NCBI GenBank assembly: GCA_047495785.1
Contig: JBLDXI010000036.1
Coordinates: 372,001-436,000 of the forward strand
Source: Lepidodermella squamata
Taxonomy: Eukaryota; Animalia; Gastrotricha
Length of the DNA: 64,000 nucleotides
Direction: 5' to 3'
Of this stretch, positions 35,543 to 48,580 are shown piece after piece (the stretch's first letter is position 1; each line of letters starts with the position of its first letter). The notes beneath the pieces were generated by a model. The model made no database searches. It was not told where the DNA came from and worked only from the letters and a program-made list of their open reading frames with translations. The position numbers and the translations under genes are program-made.

Positions 35543-38500
35543 GACTACTTAACAGTTCAAAGAAAATATTTTGACTTTATATTGAAGAAAGAAACTTGAA
35601 TAATGAACTGAACAGAGTTAGGCTGCTTTATAACCACTTTGCTTGTCATTCTGTGTCTACGTCAGCATTAAGGTAATTTGCTTGCATTGGCATTCTATTA
35701 TGACGTGGGTGCCTAATGAATAAACAAGCATGCACGTCACAGCAACGCGACTGATTCAACATATTGAAGAAATGATCAAACAATGATGGGAATTCGACAG
35801 TGGGACAAACGCAGACCGGCTAAAGAAAAAATTGCCCATTCCACATGGCGAAATATCCCGGATCCCTGTTCGGTCGGAGTGCGATGATATCAGCATCGTT
35901 TGAGCGAATGCAAACAACCGCGGACCAGCAGGCTACAAATCTGCGGAAGCAAATATCTTCCTAGCTGTCCGTACAAAATCAACGTCGAAGAAAGGTGAAA
36001 CGATATCACCAGATTCTGCGACAAGAACAGATGGCAGTGTAAAGCCAAATAGCTGGGGAATTCCACATCAGCAATACGTGAAAAAGTTCGCTTCAAGCAG
36101 AGAATTACTTGCTGAACATTTCCAAGCCAGGGAGATGTACCGCTGCAAATTGTAACTTGGAATCATTTATTGAGCTAAAAATTAGGCTTGCAGACAACTC
36201 CGCTACCAGAAGGAAACTGGCGAACTGGAGACTTGAAATCATCTGAAAAGTCTCAAACTCGGAAAAACTCTGGAACACAGTGAAATCCATTCCAAAGCAA
36301 GTCGAGATGCCGGCACATAATGATGAATGATAAATGAACGATTGTGGCCTGATGGTTGATGATTGTCGAGTCGGTATTCTGCTGACAATTGGGGCCAGCA
36401 CATCATTTTTAGGTATTTTCGGCCCGAATTTTTCGTACCCCCGTGGTATGCCGTGTGGATTTTTTCGGCTGGAGGGGCCTTCGGGCGAATATTTTCCGCT
36501 ATCCGCTACTAAGCTCCCAAATATTTCGGTTTTTAGCAGTTTCTGATAATAAACTACAGTTTTCTTATCGATTGGTTGTTTAAGCGAAGGTTGCATTCAG
36601 GTTGATGTGACCTGATTCGAACGATCCAAGGCGATTATTGAGGCAAAATGCAATAATCACTGTGCTAACGCCATGAATTTTTGGCGGCATTATTACATAT
36701 AATAATTTAACGAGGATGAAAGGTTTGACATATACTTATCATGCGGATACGAATTATAAGTTACTACGAATGCTTTGTTATTCAGCGTTCGTAGTACCGT
36801 TTTGTGTTATCAGCTGTATTGTGAGCTTTTGGTCATACGAAATCGTCATGCACGCCAGATAGAATGCTGAGTCCAATTTGTGAAAATTTGAAAACATTCT
36901 GATAGGGGAACGGAATCGGCATACGAAAATTAACCCTTTGCGCTGCTAAGGGGGATTTTGAACCGAAAAAGCAGCCGAAATCCTAAAGCGGTTTTTATGA
37001 TTTTTGTTTAAAAGCCGTCGAGCCGAGAACATTATGGTTTCAGTATTAATCGAATCTGCATTTCTCACAAACAAAATGTACCGAAGCGCGGGACGTTTTT
37101 CCTGTGAGAATCGTCATTCATGGAATCACCGAGACTTGGAAGAATGCAGTTCGATATGATAAATATTTTAAATAATGATATAAGATAATTAAAAAATTCT
37201 TGAAAGCCTTTTTATCATCTATATTACTAAACGACGAAGGTCCTCAACCGTTAAATTTGAATTTTCCTTTGTATTTGGCGGCATGCTTAAATAGTATACT
37301 TCCACTCACCCGGCGGCCAAGTGCTTAGTATCATTAGATAGAGAATAAAAAACTACTCGAGCGAAAAATGCCAGATTTCGAATCCGTCAAATCCGCAGTG
37401 TCAAAAATGCCAAAAAGCAAATAGAGCGCTTTCCGATTTTGAACGCAATTTAATTTAAAATACAAAAACATTTTTAAACTGTTAGTTAATTACTAAATCA
37501 AATTCTTATTAATTAAAATTTAAATATTTTCCATGGCGACGCGTTTGCGGGGAAATTCAAAAATGCCGGTCGCCGGGCGCCGCGTCGCGTGACCTTTGGG
37601 GTTCCATTATCTCAACCAAGGACACGTCCACGGGGTCGGGGCATGGTAAATTCGTGCTCAGCATGGTCGAATTGATAATTACAGCATGAGAAAAGCAAAT
37701 AAATCGAAAAAAAATTAATTATGTTGATCTCATGCATTGTCGTCACTATTCACAGGTACCATGATGGAAGACGCTCTAGATGTTACTCCTTGAGGGCGAA
37801 TGGCGACTTTTAAAATCTTTTACTACTGCTTTTCTTACTTAGATTTGTTGATTTCGTAGAAATAGATGGTTAATTAGTGTTTTTACATCTCATGAACGTC
37901 CTTTGCAAGATGTTGGATGTTCATGTTACGCATCCCTTTTAGGTTTAACCTCACTCATCCATTGCAAGATCTTCTGAGACTGGCTCAGGTCTGTAGAGCA
38001 TCTACCAAGATCATTTGATTAATGAATCAACTATGCTGAGTAAGAAAAACAACAGTAAAACCTTCGGGGAGTAATCCATCACCTCAAGGACTGAACTAAT
38101 TCGACTTGTGGAAATGAATTAGCCTATGTGGAAATGAAACATCAGGCTACAAAGGTGGGTGTGAACTAAAGCGGCTTCTCACCAAAACGAAGATCGCCAA
38201 TGTGAGCTTAGTTGCCATGAGTAGTTGACAGTTAAAAGAAAATATTTCGACTTTATCTTGAAGATGAAATTTTGAATAATGAACTGAGCGGAGTTAGCTG
38301 CTTTATAAGCACTTTGCCAGTCATTCGGCTAAATATCACACGTAGATATCGCGACTTGCGCATAACAGTTTTCTGGAAATAGATACGAATTGCGTAAAAT
38401 GCACTCGATGCGCATAAAAAACTGGTGTTCAGCATTTTTCCTAGCGAACAAGCACGCGACTGACTTGGCCAAGGAGGAGAAATTTAGTTGTTCGCCATTT

Positions 38501-40830
38501 GAGTCTATTTCCGGCACACTGCTATGGCACGATATTCACAGTGGATGGTAAATAAGATAACTATGCGCGCAGGCGGCTGATTCAACAAATTAAAGAAATT
38601 ATCAAACAATCAAACAATGATGGAAAATTGACAATGGCGTCGGTACAGCGTTCCGAAATGCCAAGTGCATTTTTTCTACATTTTACAGGAGGCGAAAAAA
38701 TGTAAGTTTTCTATTATAAAATAACTAATATTGTTCATGCATCTTGGAATTTTCCGTTGAAAACCGAAGCGGAACTTGAAGGTCGAAAATCGCGACAGTG
38801 GTGATGTTGGGGCCCGAGTCCGAATACGCGCTCGGGCCGGCCCGAACGCCGTACGGGTAAGATTGATTTGCCGCTCCGCTTTAAAACATGCCCGTATGCG
38901 ACGTTTACTGTAAATTTAACAATTTTGGAAGAATCACGCTCCACCGCACACGGGCCGGCCAAGGTGTCGGCCCGAGCACGGCGGAGAACAATAGGAACCA
39001 GCGCTAGTGTCAGGGACCGCACTCGGGCCTCTTAAATACGACCGCCGGGCTTGGGTCGCCGGGCTCGGGTCATCCTACAACCAACACCCAACCCGATAAC
39101 TGTATCAAGTCCCGGCCCAAGCCCGGCGGCCCGAGTACGACGCGCGCCAGTGCCTAACACTGGTTCCCATTGTCCTCCGCCGTGCTCGGGCCGACACCTT
39201 GGCCGGCACGTGTGCGGTAGAGCGTGATTCTTCCAAAGTGCTATTACCCGGCCGCATACGGGCCGGCCCGAACGCGAAGGGGTAGAAATTCAGGCCCAGT
39301 TCAGCAGTCGAAGGTGGGAAAGACCACATGGAGACCCTTTAAAATGGGCCTGAAAATACCCCATAGTTCGAGGATCCTACGTCTCGCACAGTGAACGTAT
39401 TCCGTAGAAGCGTGGTGGGTGGCCGTCCGGCAAGAATTTTGATTCGATTCATTCTGTCAGGGAGATTTCAAGAGTAGGCCAAGCACTACTCCATACTACT
39501 TTATTAAGAATGAATCGAACATTGAGGATCTGCCATTCATAGCCTAAAATATCACAGGGAAATAACTGAAGCGAACATGGCATTGCATGGCATAATTGAT
39601 GATATCACACTTTATCACAAGCTAGTTAGTTCTTATTCCATGGCGGGATGCCAACCGGCAGATCCTTGCATTCCATTAACAAGCTTGAACCATTTGCTGG
39701 AATTTATTCACGCATTGGAAAAACCACCTGCATATTTCGATTCCCAGCTCCGATTTGCTCAATCGGAACCGTCGAACTTTGTCGAACTTTGACAAAGCAT
39801 GATGGTGATCCCAAATCCCAATACATCAGTGTGAATCTTATACCAGCGGATTCAGCGCAAAAAACATAATGTGTAACATATGTCGAAGCCACGATGATAA
39901 AAAATTGTAAACCGAAATTAAATTTTTTGAATAAAAGACCCAGTGGACCCATATGGACAGTGTGAATATTGATAACATTTAACTTCAGTTTAAAAATTTT
40001 TATCATCGTGGTTTCGACATATTTTATACAGTTTTTTGCGCTGAATCCGCTGGTATAAGATTCGAGGAGTTTGGAGCGGTTCGAAAGGGTGAAAAGTCAT
40101 GTTGAAAAATAGCTATTTTTCGCTATATTTTTGGTCGCGCTGAAATATAATCAGCGAAGGTAGAGCAAGACGCCGCTCTGATCGCTGAAGTCCATCAAGG
40201 TGATTATCCGATAACGAGATCTCCTCTCGAGCGTTCATATCTAGTGAGATCTAAAATCCTGGTACCAGTTTCTAGTTTCTACTATAATTCTTTTTTAATT
40301 TTTAGAAATCCATCTTTGCGTCGTGGAAAATAATCACAAGGGTAAAAGTTTCCTAATTTTTAAACTCGTACAATTGGCTAATTTTTTTATTATGTATCTA
40401 ATTCAAGTATGTTCTGCTGATCATTTCCCTAAGATCTCAACTAATCTGATTTGTTATAGCGCGGAACAGGTACTATATTTTTTAAACAATTAAGAATTAT
40501 TAACTTCAATTAAGCTTCATTCTCTTGCGAGTGTGAACAGTTCGATTCCGTTCTCCGGCTGAGAATGTCAATGGTTTTCAGCTTGTTTTTCTCCGACACG
40601 TTATTGCCGCAATTCTGAGCGAGGAATAGAGCTGTCCAGCCTGTCGACGGTGCACTGTAATTGGCATCAGCTCCCGCCTCCCGTGTTAGAACATCTACAA
40701 CGTTGTGCTGGCCTTTCACTGATGCACACATGAGCGGTGTCATCCATTTTTCAGATGGCGATGTTTGACAGAGTATCCTCGACAACCGAGATGAGACCTC
40801 ATTGTTGATGCACAGAGCATTTACATCGAC

Positions 40831-43439
40831 TTAGAATTCTCCGGTGAGAATTCTCACGATTTCCGCGTGTCCATTCCAAGCAGCGTAATGCAATGGAGTC
40901 TCGCCATCTTTACTAGATGCATTAACGTCAGCTTTGAATTCTCCGGCGAGAATTCTCACGATTTCCGCTTCTCCATTCTCAGCAGCATAATGCAATGGAG
41001 TCTCGCCATCTTTACTAGATGCATTAACGTCAGCTTTGAATTCTCCGGCGAGAATTCTCACGATTTCCGCTTCTCCATTCTCAGCAGCATAATGCAATGG
41101 AGTCTCGCCATTATGATTAGAGGCAATAACGTCAGCTTTGAATTCGCCGGCAAGAATTCTCACGATATCCGCGTGTCTATTCCAAGCAGCGACATGCAAG
41201 GGAGTCTCGCCATATTCATTGAAGGCATTGACGTCAGCATGGAATTCGCTGGCTAAAATGCTCACGATTTCTGCATGTCCATTTTCAGCAGCGATGTGCA
41301 AGAGCGTCTCGCGTTCATAATTAATTTCTCTAAAATTACCTGCCTTGGCAATGATTTTTAAGATCTCGGCGTGTCCTTCTCGGGCTGCGATGTGTAACGG
41401 TGACATGCCATCTCTCGATTTTGCGTTTGCTTTAGCTTTGAATTCCACCGCAAGTAAAATAACCATGTCCATGTGGCCTCCGAGCACGGCCAAATGTAAG
41501 GGTGTATAGCCCGAATTCATAGTCGTGTTCACGTCTTTTATGAAATCAGATGCTAGCAATTTTGCAACTTCAGTCTGACCTTCCAACGCAGCAACATGTA
41601 ACAAACTCATGCCTTGCTCATTCGTTATTTGAGTGTTCGCTCCCATTTCTTTTGCTAATAATCTAACCATCGTTGATTGGCCGTTCTCCGCTGCAGCCCA
41701 TATCGGCGTCTTACCATCTGCAGCTGCCGTCTCAACACTTCTCTGTGGCAATCGTCCAAGTATTCGTGCAATCTTTGTTCGACCGTTATTAGAGGCGACG
41801 TACATCGGCGTTCTTCCCAGTAGGTCCGTAGATAATGGATCAGCCTTGAACTTTGTCACCAGAAGACCTACTATATCATCATGGCCCTCTTGTGCAGCCA
41901 GAAACAACGGGGTAACACCTTCGTCATTCTTACAGTTCACATCCAAATTCAAAGTTGAGTTTGATAACAACGATTCAATTTCTGCCGTGTTGTGTTGCCT
42001 GATCAGTCGAAAGAGATACTGAAACCACGGAATAGAAGTATATCTACGAATTCATTATCGAATCCACATACCATCTGCGCAACTTTTGGATCCAACAACT
42101 CTGTGAAACTGATCTCATGCGCATTGTTCAGGATTAGCGGAGAATTTGGATCATTCAAAGATTTGAGTAGATCTAGCGGCGGCATACGCCTCGAACTGTC
42201 TTTCACCAAAAATGCCAAAATTATGTTTCGGAACTCGGGCGAATAGCCACGTGAATCGTTAAAGGGTTTTCGAATGTTTCTGAAAATGTGTTATCGTGAT
42301 TCTCCTAAGATTTTCAGGTATAGAACTTACAGCATGATATCCAGGGCATTCTCAAACTGGGAAGAAGCCACGTGGTAAAAAAGTAAAAGACTTGGAAATA
42401 AAGCTAACAGGCCTGTAAAAATTCGCTAGCTCGAACAAAGTTACGCCCAAAGACCACCAATCGCTTTCGTACGAGTGCTCATTTTTGCCAAATAATTCAG
42501 GCGCCATGTACAGCTCGGTACCAAGCCTGAAGTTGTATGCTGTCCTTTTTGTACTGTTTGAAGAGCTTGAAGATTTGTTGACACATTGCGGAACTTTTAT
42601 TTTAATGAATAAATTCATCAGTTTTTACCTATCATATATTTTCGTCAGACCAAAATCGCCGAGTTTTACTAAACCGTTTTGCAGGAAAATATTTGTCGGC
42701 TTGATGTCGCGATGGAGCGCTCGCTTTTCATGCAGAGCAGCCAGTGCTGAAGCAAGTTGTAGCGACCATTCCAATAGCAAATCTTGAGGAATGGGCCGAC
42801 CGTTTGCTTTCTTCATGTAATCATCCAAGTCTCCACCCGAGCAGTATTCCATGACAAGGTAATAAACAACAGCTCCAGATGTTTCTTTCTCTGTGGTATA
42901 GAAGGAAGCAGCAGTGTTAAAAGCGAAGTTCAGCTCGTCAAAAGTCTATTTTAGGAATTGTCCGGTTAATTAATGGAATAAGATGTTTTTTGTTAAGAAA
43001 GAATAGAAAAGAAAATCCATATTTTTTCTCTACGCTTTCAAGAGACGAAATGGCTTAGGGGTGCCGATAAGGCTTGAAGTTAATTCGCCTAAATTAGGTT
43101 GACATAACCTACCTGTAAAAGCTCCAAAAACATAAACAACATTAGGATGTGACAATTTGTTTAATTTCTCATGCTGCAAAAGCAACAGCTGCAAAAGAGG
43201 TCGCAACTAGATGAAATCGTTACCTCTTCCTTGCTCAATTTCACCAGCCTTTCTGCGAAAGTTGGTTCCGCAGCAAATATTTCACGAATTCGCGTGAGGT
43301 TTACTGCCTTGACAGCGTAATGCGCCACGTCGTTGCTCCGCCTGCATAGCATCGTAGAGCCGAAGTAACCACTTCCCAATGACTTCTCGATTTTGAAGTC
43401 CTGCATTGAATAATACGTATTTTCCACACCTGCCGCCAT
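40831..43439 (-). CDS. NEK/NIMA-like Ser/Thr kinase fused to ankyrin repeats (7 exons; complete copy)
   Basis: Exons 43439-43224, 43173-43113, 42890-42629, from about 42553, then three more joined by GT-AG introns, giving LGSGYFG, AVK, EE-HPNVV, MEYCSGGDL, HRDIKPTNIF, DFG, YMAPE, SDWWSLG, RPF..YSPE..KD..RR, then 11 TPLH-type repeats. Confidence 0.88.
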
Positions 43440-44036
43440 GATTGCCCATCGTTGAACAAAATGAATTCAACATACAGTATGCATTAGGCAAATAGCAAGT
43501 TACACATTAAGCTGAAAAAACGATGACTATAACTATATGTTATATTCTATAGGTATATGACATTGAATTAATTGTATAATATAAAGGCAAGTACTTGTAC
43601 ACGTAAGAAAATGACCGCAACAACATGCGTATTTTTTGGCGAAACATTTACTTGTAGTACATTTGACATTTGTACATTTGACGCCAGCTAAATGGTGAAA
43701 AGTTCGATTTACTATAATATTCAGACATAGGTAATGATGTGCCATCAAGGGTCACAGGTAGCGGGGACCAGTGTGCGAAGTAGGATCCGGGTGTTTTCTA
43801 CTTGTTTTCGAGGTCCCCCCTTTGGTTTTTTCAACCTTCCTCTGATTAAGGTCCCCGAGCTGGAGTGTCGCGACACCCCAGCAACCGTGTAATTCGCACC
43901 CTGCAATACATAAACTAGTTGACTTTCATAGGAGAATTCAAGTTAGATTTTTACTGATTTGATACTAGGTTTGATATATTTTTACTCAATAATTATTTAC
44001 AAAAAATGAACGAAACATCAACGCAGTTTATTTGAA

Positions 44037-44393
44037 TCAGTTCTTGATATAGATTACAGTGTTCTTATTAAGTGGTCGTGCAAGAGAAGGCTCGCACTCC
44101 TTATATAGATTGCACCTCGTTGAGCCGATGGTGATATCAAAGGCGGCGCACTGTTCCGAGGCCGAGCATAGTTGAGCGCAGTTTTCAGGCTTCGACACGA
44201 CATAGCGGCGGAATTCTGGCAACTTGCAGCGGTGACTCACAGGCGAGTATCTGGCAATGATCGGCTTTGAAAGATGACCTGAGTCGAATTTCGGCGATGT
44301 GACCTGATTTAAACGATCCAAGGTGATTATTGTTGCTGCTATGAGGCAGAATACAACAATGACTGTGCACACGCTATAAATGTTTGTCGGCAT
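44037..44393 (-). CDS. Small secreted or anchored PAN/apple-domain protein (118 aa)
   Basis: Full-length paralog of 14690-15046 with all PAN cysteines retained. Confidence 0.8.
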   Translation of the reverse strand: MPTNIYSVCTVIVVFCLIAATIITLDRLNQVTSPKFDSGHLSKPIIARYSPVSHRCKLPEFRRYVVSKPENCAQLCSASEQCAAFDITIGSTRCNLYKECEPSLARPLNKNTVIYIKN

Positions 44394-45333
44394 TATTATA
44401 GTAATTGAACGATGAAGAAAAGGTTGACATATTATATTAAGGAATACGGATTACTACTACGAATGCTTTGTTGTTCCGTGTTCGCAGTACTCTCTCTTTG
44501 TTATCAGCTGTATTTTGATCTTTTTGTCATCCGAAGAATATTACAGCGACGATTTCTCCGACAAAAATATGTTTGGCTTGAATAGAATAGAACTTCACCT
44601 ATTGAATTGAGTAACTCGATCCTTCTTGAAGGATTTGAGAGAAAATTATTTCCCTCAAATTTCGTATTATTTTAGTGTTCTCCAGCAGTGTGCGACCTAT
44701 AATCTCCGAGCTGGGGAATACTTTCGAGTAATTTTAGTAAAGGCCCCTTTGGGCTATTTTTGTGTCTTCTATCTCGGAACCTCGGAACCTTCTCCCTCCC
44801 CGCCCCCTCCCATCTCTTCCTGTACCCAATGTACTTCACAGACTGCTCTCCAGGTATCCACGGCAATCCTCTACACAGAGGAATGAAAAATGCAATTCAA
44901 TACGAAATTATTTATGCAGGCAGAGCGTGCGGGTTGTGCTTGCTCGTGGTCGCAAAACAACATTAAACCTGTTGATTGTGGGGGGACACTACAAAGCCCT
45001 TGGTCGCAAATGACTTGCTGGTTCATACTTGCTGGCTCATTAACGTTTTCTGTTTGATTGTTGCAATAAAAGTGTTTCTCTTATGGCATTGTCTCGTTTC
45101 CTAATTAAAATGCGATTTTTTTAATTTTGCTGCGAAAAAAGTTGGTTTTTCTTCGGAAAAGAGGCCTTCTGAGGAAACGTATAATTCATGAGTTTCCATG
45201 AGTTTTTTTATTAATTCAGCTTGGTATAAAAAAGCATTATTCAATGTTAAGCCTTAATTCTGCAAAGACATTTCGACGCTGAAAATGAATGATGAATTTT
45301 CTATTCATTCATAATTCGAAATTCACGATAGTA

Positions 45334-46287
45334 CCGTCATCTGGGGCAAAATGAACCTTTGGGGCTAATTAGCCAAAAATTTAGGTTTTCACATTTTCAT
45401 TGATAACTCAAAAACTGCAATGTAAAACTTCACAAAAGTTTACGGGGACGATTGTCAGCAAGCCTCCTACAAGCCTGCAAATTTCCAGCCACGTATGTCC
45501 CGAAATGAGGTCACGGCATGTTGTTGCACAGAGGTGATTTCAGGGAGGTAAAATGACCTCTCTAAATTGAATTACCTGGAGCCAATCACGAGGTTTGATG
45601 ATCAGATGAATTTTTTTCGTTCGACCATTTTCGTCTTAGATGACAGCAAAAAGCCGCGACCCCAGGCAATGCACAGGTATGGCTAGGTGATTGTGGCCAC
45701 ATTACCCCATTGAAAACTCAATGATGGGGGCTAATTGGCCACCCTTATCCTTATAATGGGTTTTCAATATTTAGTGATTGTGAGGGTTGAATGGTCGAGT
45801 GGTTGTAATGATGTGTCATCAAAACCTGTGTGATCTGATGAGCGACGGTTCGATTCCTCATAAAATAGCATTTTTTGCGTCGCCTCTTAATTTTTATTCC
45901 TATTTTTTTTTATATTCCATTTTTATTTTGCTTCAATTTACGGCAATTCTTCATCACACTTTTTAGGAATATTTCTTTTCAGATGTTTGCTAAATTTAAT
46001 AGTTAGTTTTGAGACGAGGACACACTATCTTGGATCTAGCCCATGATGACACATCATTACAACCACTCGACCATTCAACCTTCACAATCACTAAATATTG
46101 AAAACCCATTATAAGGATAAGGGTGGCCAATCAGCCCTAAAACACCTGTCCAATTTGCCCCAAACCTGGGGCGAATTGAGCTTCCTATAAAATCGGAATC
46201 ATGACCCTCTGAAACGTGTAAAGTGTAAAAATGCGAAAAAAACAGGGGGTAATTTTTTTCCCGCGCCCATTTTGCCCTAATTTACGG
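45334..46287. mobile_element. TA-flanked MITE (intact paralog of 1102-2452)
   Basis: TA|CCGTCATCTGGGGCAAAATG...CATTTTGCCCTAATTTACGG|TA. Confidence 0.75.
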
Positions 46288-47121
46288 TAAGCTTTGTTAA
46301 GCTATCTCTCCCTTGTCATGCTGTAATAAAGCACCGTTTTCTAAAGCCAAACATGACGGTCGAAACCGCTGGATACCTCTTAGTCATCAACTTTTTGAAA
46401 AATAACTGAAACTGCCTGCGTAATGCATCACAACCTAATTTAAACGATGCAAAGTGCCATGCCAACCTACGAATACAAATTACAACTACGAATAAGTTGT
46501 TATTCCTTGTTCGCAGTATCTTTCTGTGTTAGCTGTGTTACCCGCAATCAAGATGTGGCTACTCAGCGCGCAAAAAGCCTAGGGACCATGGTTCTACCAT
46601 TAATCACGGGAATAGTTTACTCATAAGCCTTGTGATGATATCTGATACGAAATGCGAAAAAATGTCGAAAGGCAACTTGCATAAATATAGAGAATAATTA
46701 GAGAGTATGAGTGAGCCTCGTGAGCCTGATGACCTGAAGAATCTAAAAATCACCCATACCTCACCCATACTCATAGCACCCACGCCTGGGAAGCAGGTGA
46801 AACGCAAATGGTCGGATCCACTGAAAAAATTCATACCCATGTTTTGCCTCACTCACAAAAATCGTATTTTTGGCCTCGCTCAGATGAATTTTGTATGTGT
46901 TTGCAAAGAAGTGTCGAGTCCATACTGCTATTAGTCCCAAGACTGCGGTCAGCGATTACGAAACTTCAGAGAGCGGATACGAAACTTCGGAAATTACAAA
47001 ACAAACCTCCAACTTTCATCGCAATAATTTTTATTGTGGAACCTCATATCACTAGTTGCAAGCGTGCTGCTCTCTCTTCATCTCACCCAGCAGCAATTTT
47101 TCAAGCGCATGTGACTCCAGC

Positions 47122-47435
47122 CTAACGCCGACCACAAGCTCGAGGAACGCAGGGCATAAACCTATTATGCTCGATCGCTTCGTACCGCGCTGCTTCCGCC
47201 GGCTGCGCTTCCTCGCGGCCGGTTGCTCTGGCGCACATCAGGCCGCCGTGACCATTTTTTACCAGCACACCCGGAGCGCCCCTGCCAAGTACGCAGTGGT
47301 CTCCTTCCTTTCTTTCTGCGACTGCCATGAGAGTTACAGCGGCCTATGTGGAAATGAAATATCAGGCTATTACAAAGGCTATACATGACCGCTTCTCACC
47401 AAAATGAGGATCACCAATGCAAGCTTAGTTGCCAT
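47122..47435 (-). CDS. Cys-loop peptide precursor copy A' (85 aa; exons 47435-47400 and 47343-47122)
   Basis: Same protein as copy A; one synonymous change seen (AAC/AAT); intron 7 nt shorter. Confidence 0.75.
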
Positions 47436-47820
47436 GAGTAGTTGACAGTTAGAAGAAAATATTTCGACTTTATCTTGAAGATTGAAACTTGAATAATGAG
47501 CTGAGCAGAGCTGGGCTGCTTCATTAGCACTTTGCTAGTCATTCGCTATCTACGTCAGCATTTGGTAAAATATTCATTGTGGCTTGATAAATAAGATATC
47601 TGAGCGCACACTGCGGCTGATTCAACAAATTTAAAGAAATTTTTAAGCTATCAAACAATGATGGAAATAGACAGAGGTGTCGGTAACGAGGTCTTAATTG
47701 CCAAATGCGTTTTTCTACATTTTACAGGAGGCGAAAAGAATATGATTATTAAATTTATATATCTTCGCGTTATCAGCACGATCAGTATATCTCCCGGGTG
47801 ACTTCCCCATCACTGATAAG

Positions 47821-48520
47821 CAGCTTTTGAATCTGATAGTATTTGCGGATGACGGCACCTTAATTGGTATGAGCCACGAGGAAATTAAATCATTACTTGA
47901 TGTCTTCAACAAGGCCTGCCAAGAGCTTGGTCTGAAAATTAGAGTTAGCAAAACCCAGTATATGGTTATCGGTGAGGATAAAAATTATCAACTGGAACTA
48001 GATGGAAAATTATTGGAGAAAGTTACGTCGTTTAAATATTTAGGTAGCATCATCACATCTGACAGTAAAATGGACGAAGAAATCAAAGCTCGCCTAGCGA
48101 AAGCTGGCAGCTGTTTTGGTACTTTCAACAAGTTGATGTGCAGCAGAAAACATTTTAGCCTAGCCACGAAATTGAAAGTTTTAAAATGTGTGGTAATTAC
48201 GCCTGTGAAACCTGGAACCTAACTACTGCGCAGGAACAAAGGTTAAACGTTACTTTTATGCGCTGGCTTAGAACCATTATGGGCTTTTTCCGAACAGATT
48301 ACATACCTAACATCGATATTAGGTTGATATGTGATGTTTTAGAATTAAGTAAAATAATTGAAAAAAATCGTTTGAAATATTTCGGCCACATTATTCGCCA
48401 AGATGAGTATGATGCTGAAAGTGTCACAAATGCTATGTATTATTGGAAAGCGGTCGACCCGAGTTAGTACTTGCCTCGTGGTAAGCCGCCAACCCGATGG
48501 ACTGCCAATTTTACCACATG
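47821..48520 (+). mobile_element. RTE-type LINE 3' fragment
   Basis: FADD, FKYLGSII, YACETWNLT, RLKYFGHIIR. Confidence 0.85.
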
Positions 48521-48580
48521 AAAGTGGCTCAACTCATTGCAGTATTCTGTATTGCCCGGCATATCTTTTCAGCACAATAA

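Larger units (their letters stand above)
19476..43126. repeat. Tandem array of 3 near-identical units (7814, 7916, 7916 bp)
   Basis: ORF sets recur at +7814 and +7916; junction microhomology CTCCA at 19476, 27290, 35206 and 43122. Confidence 0.97.
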
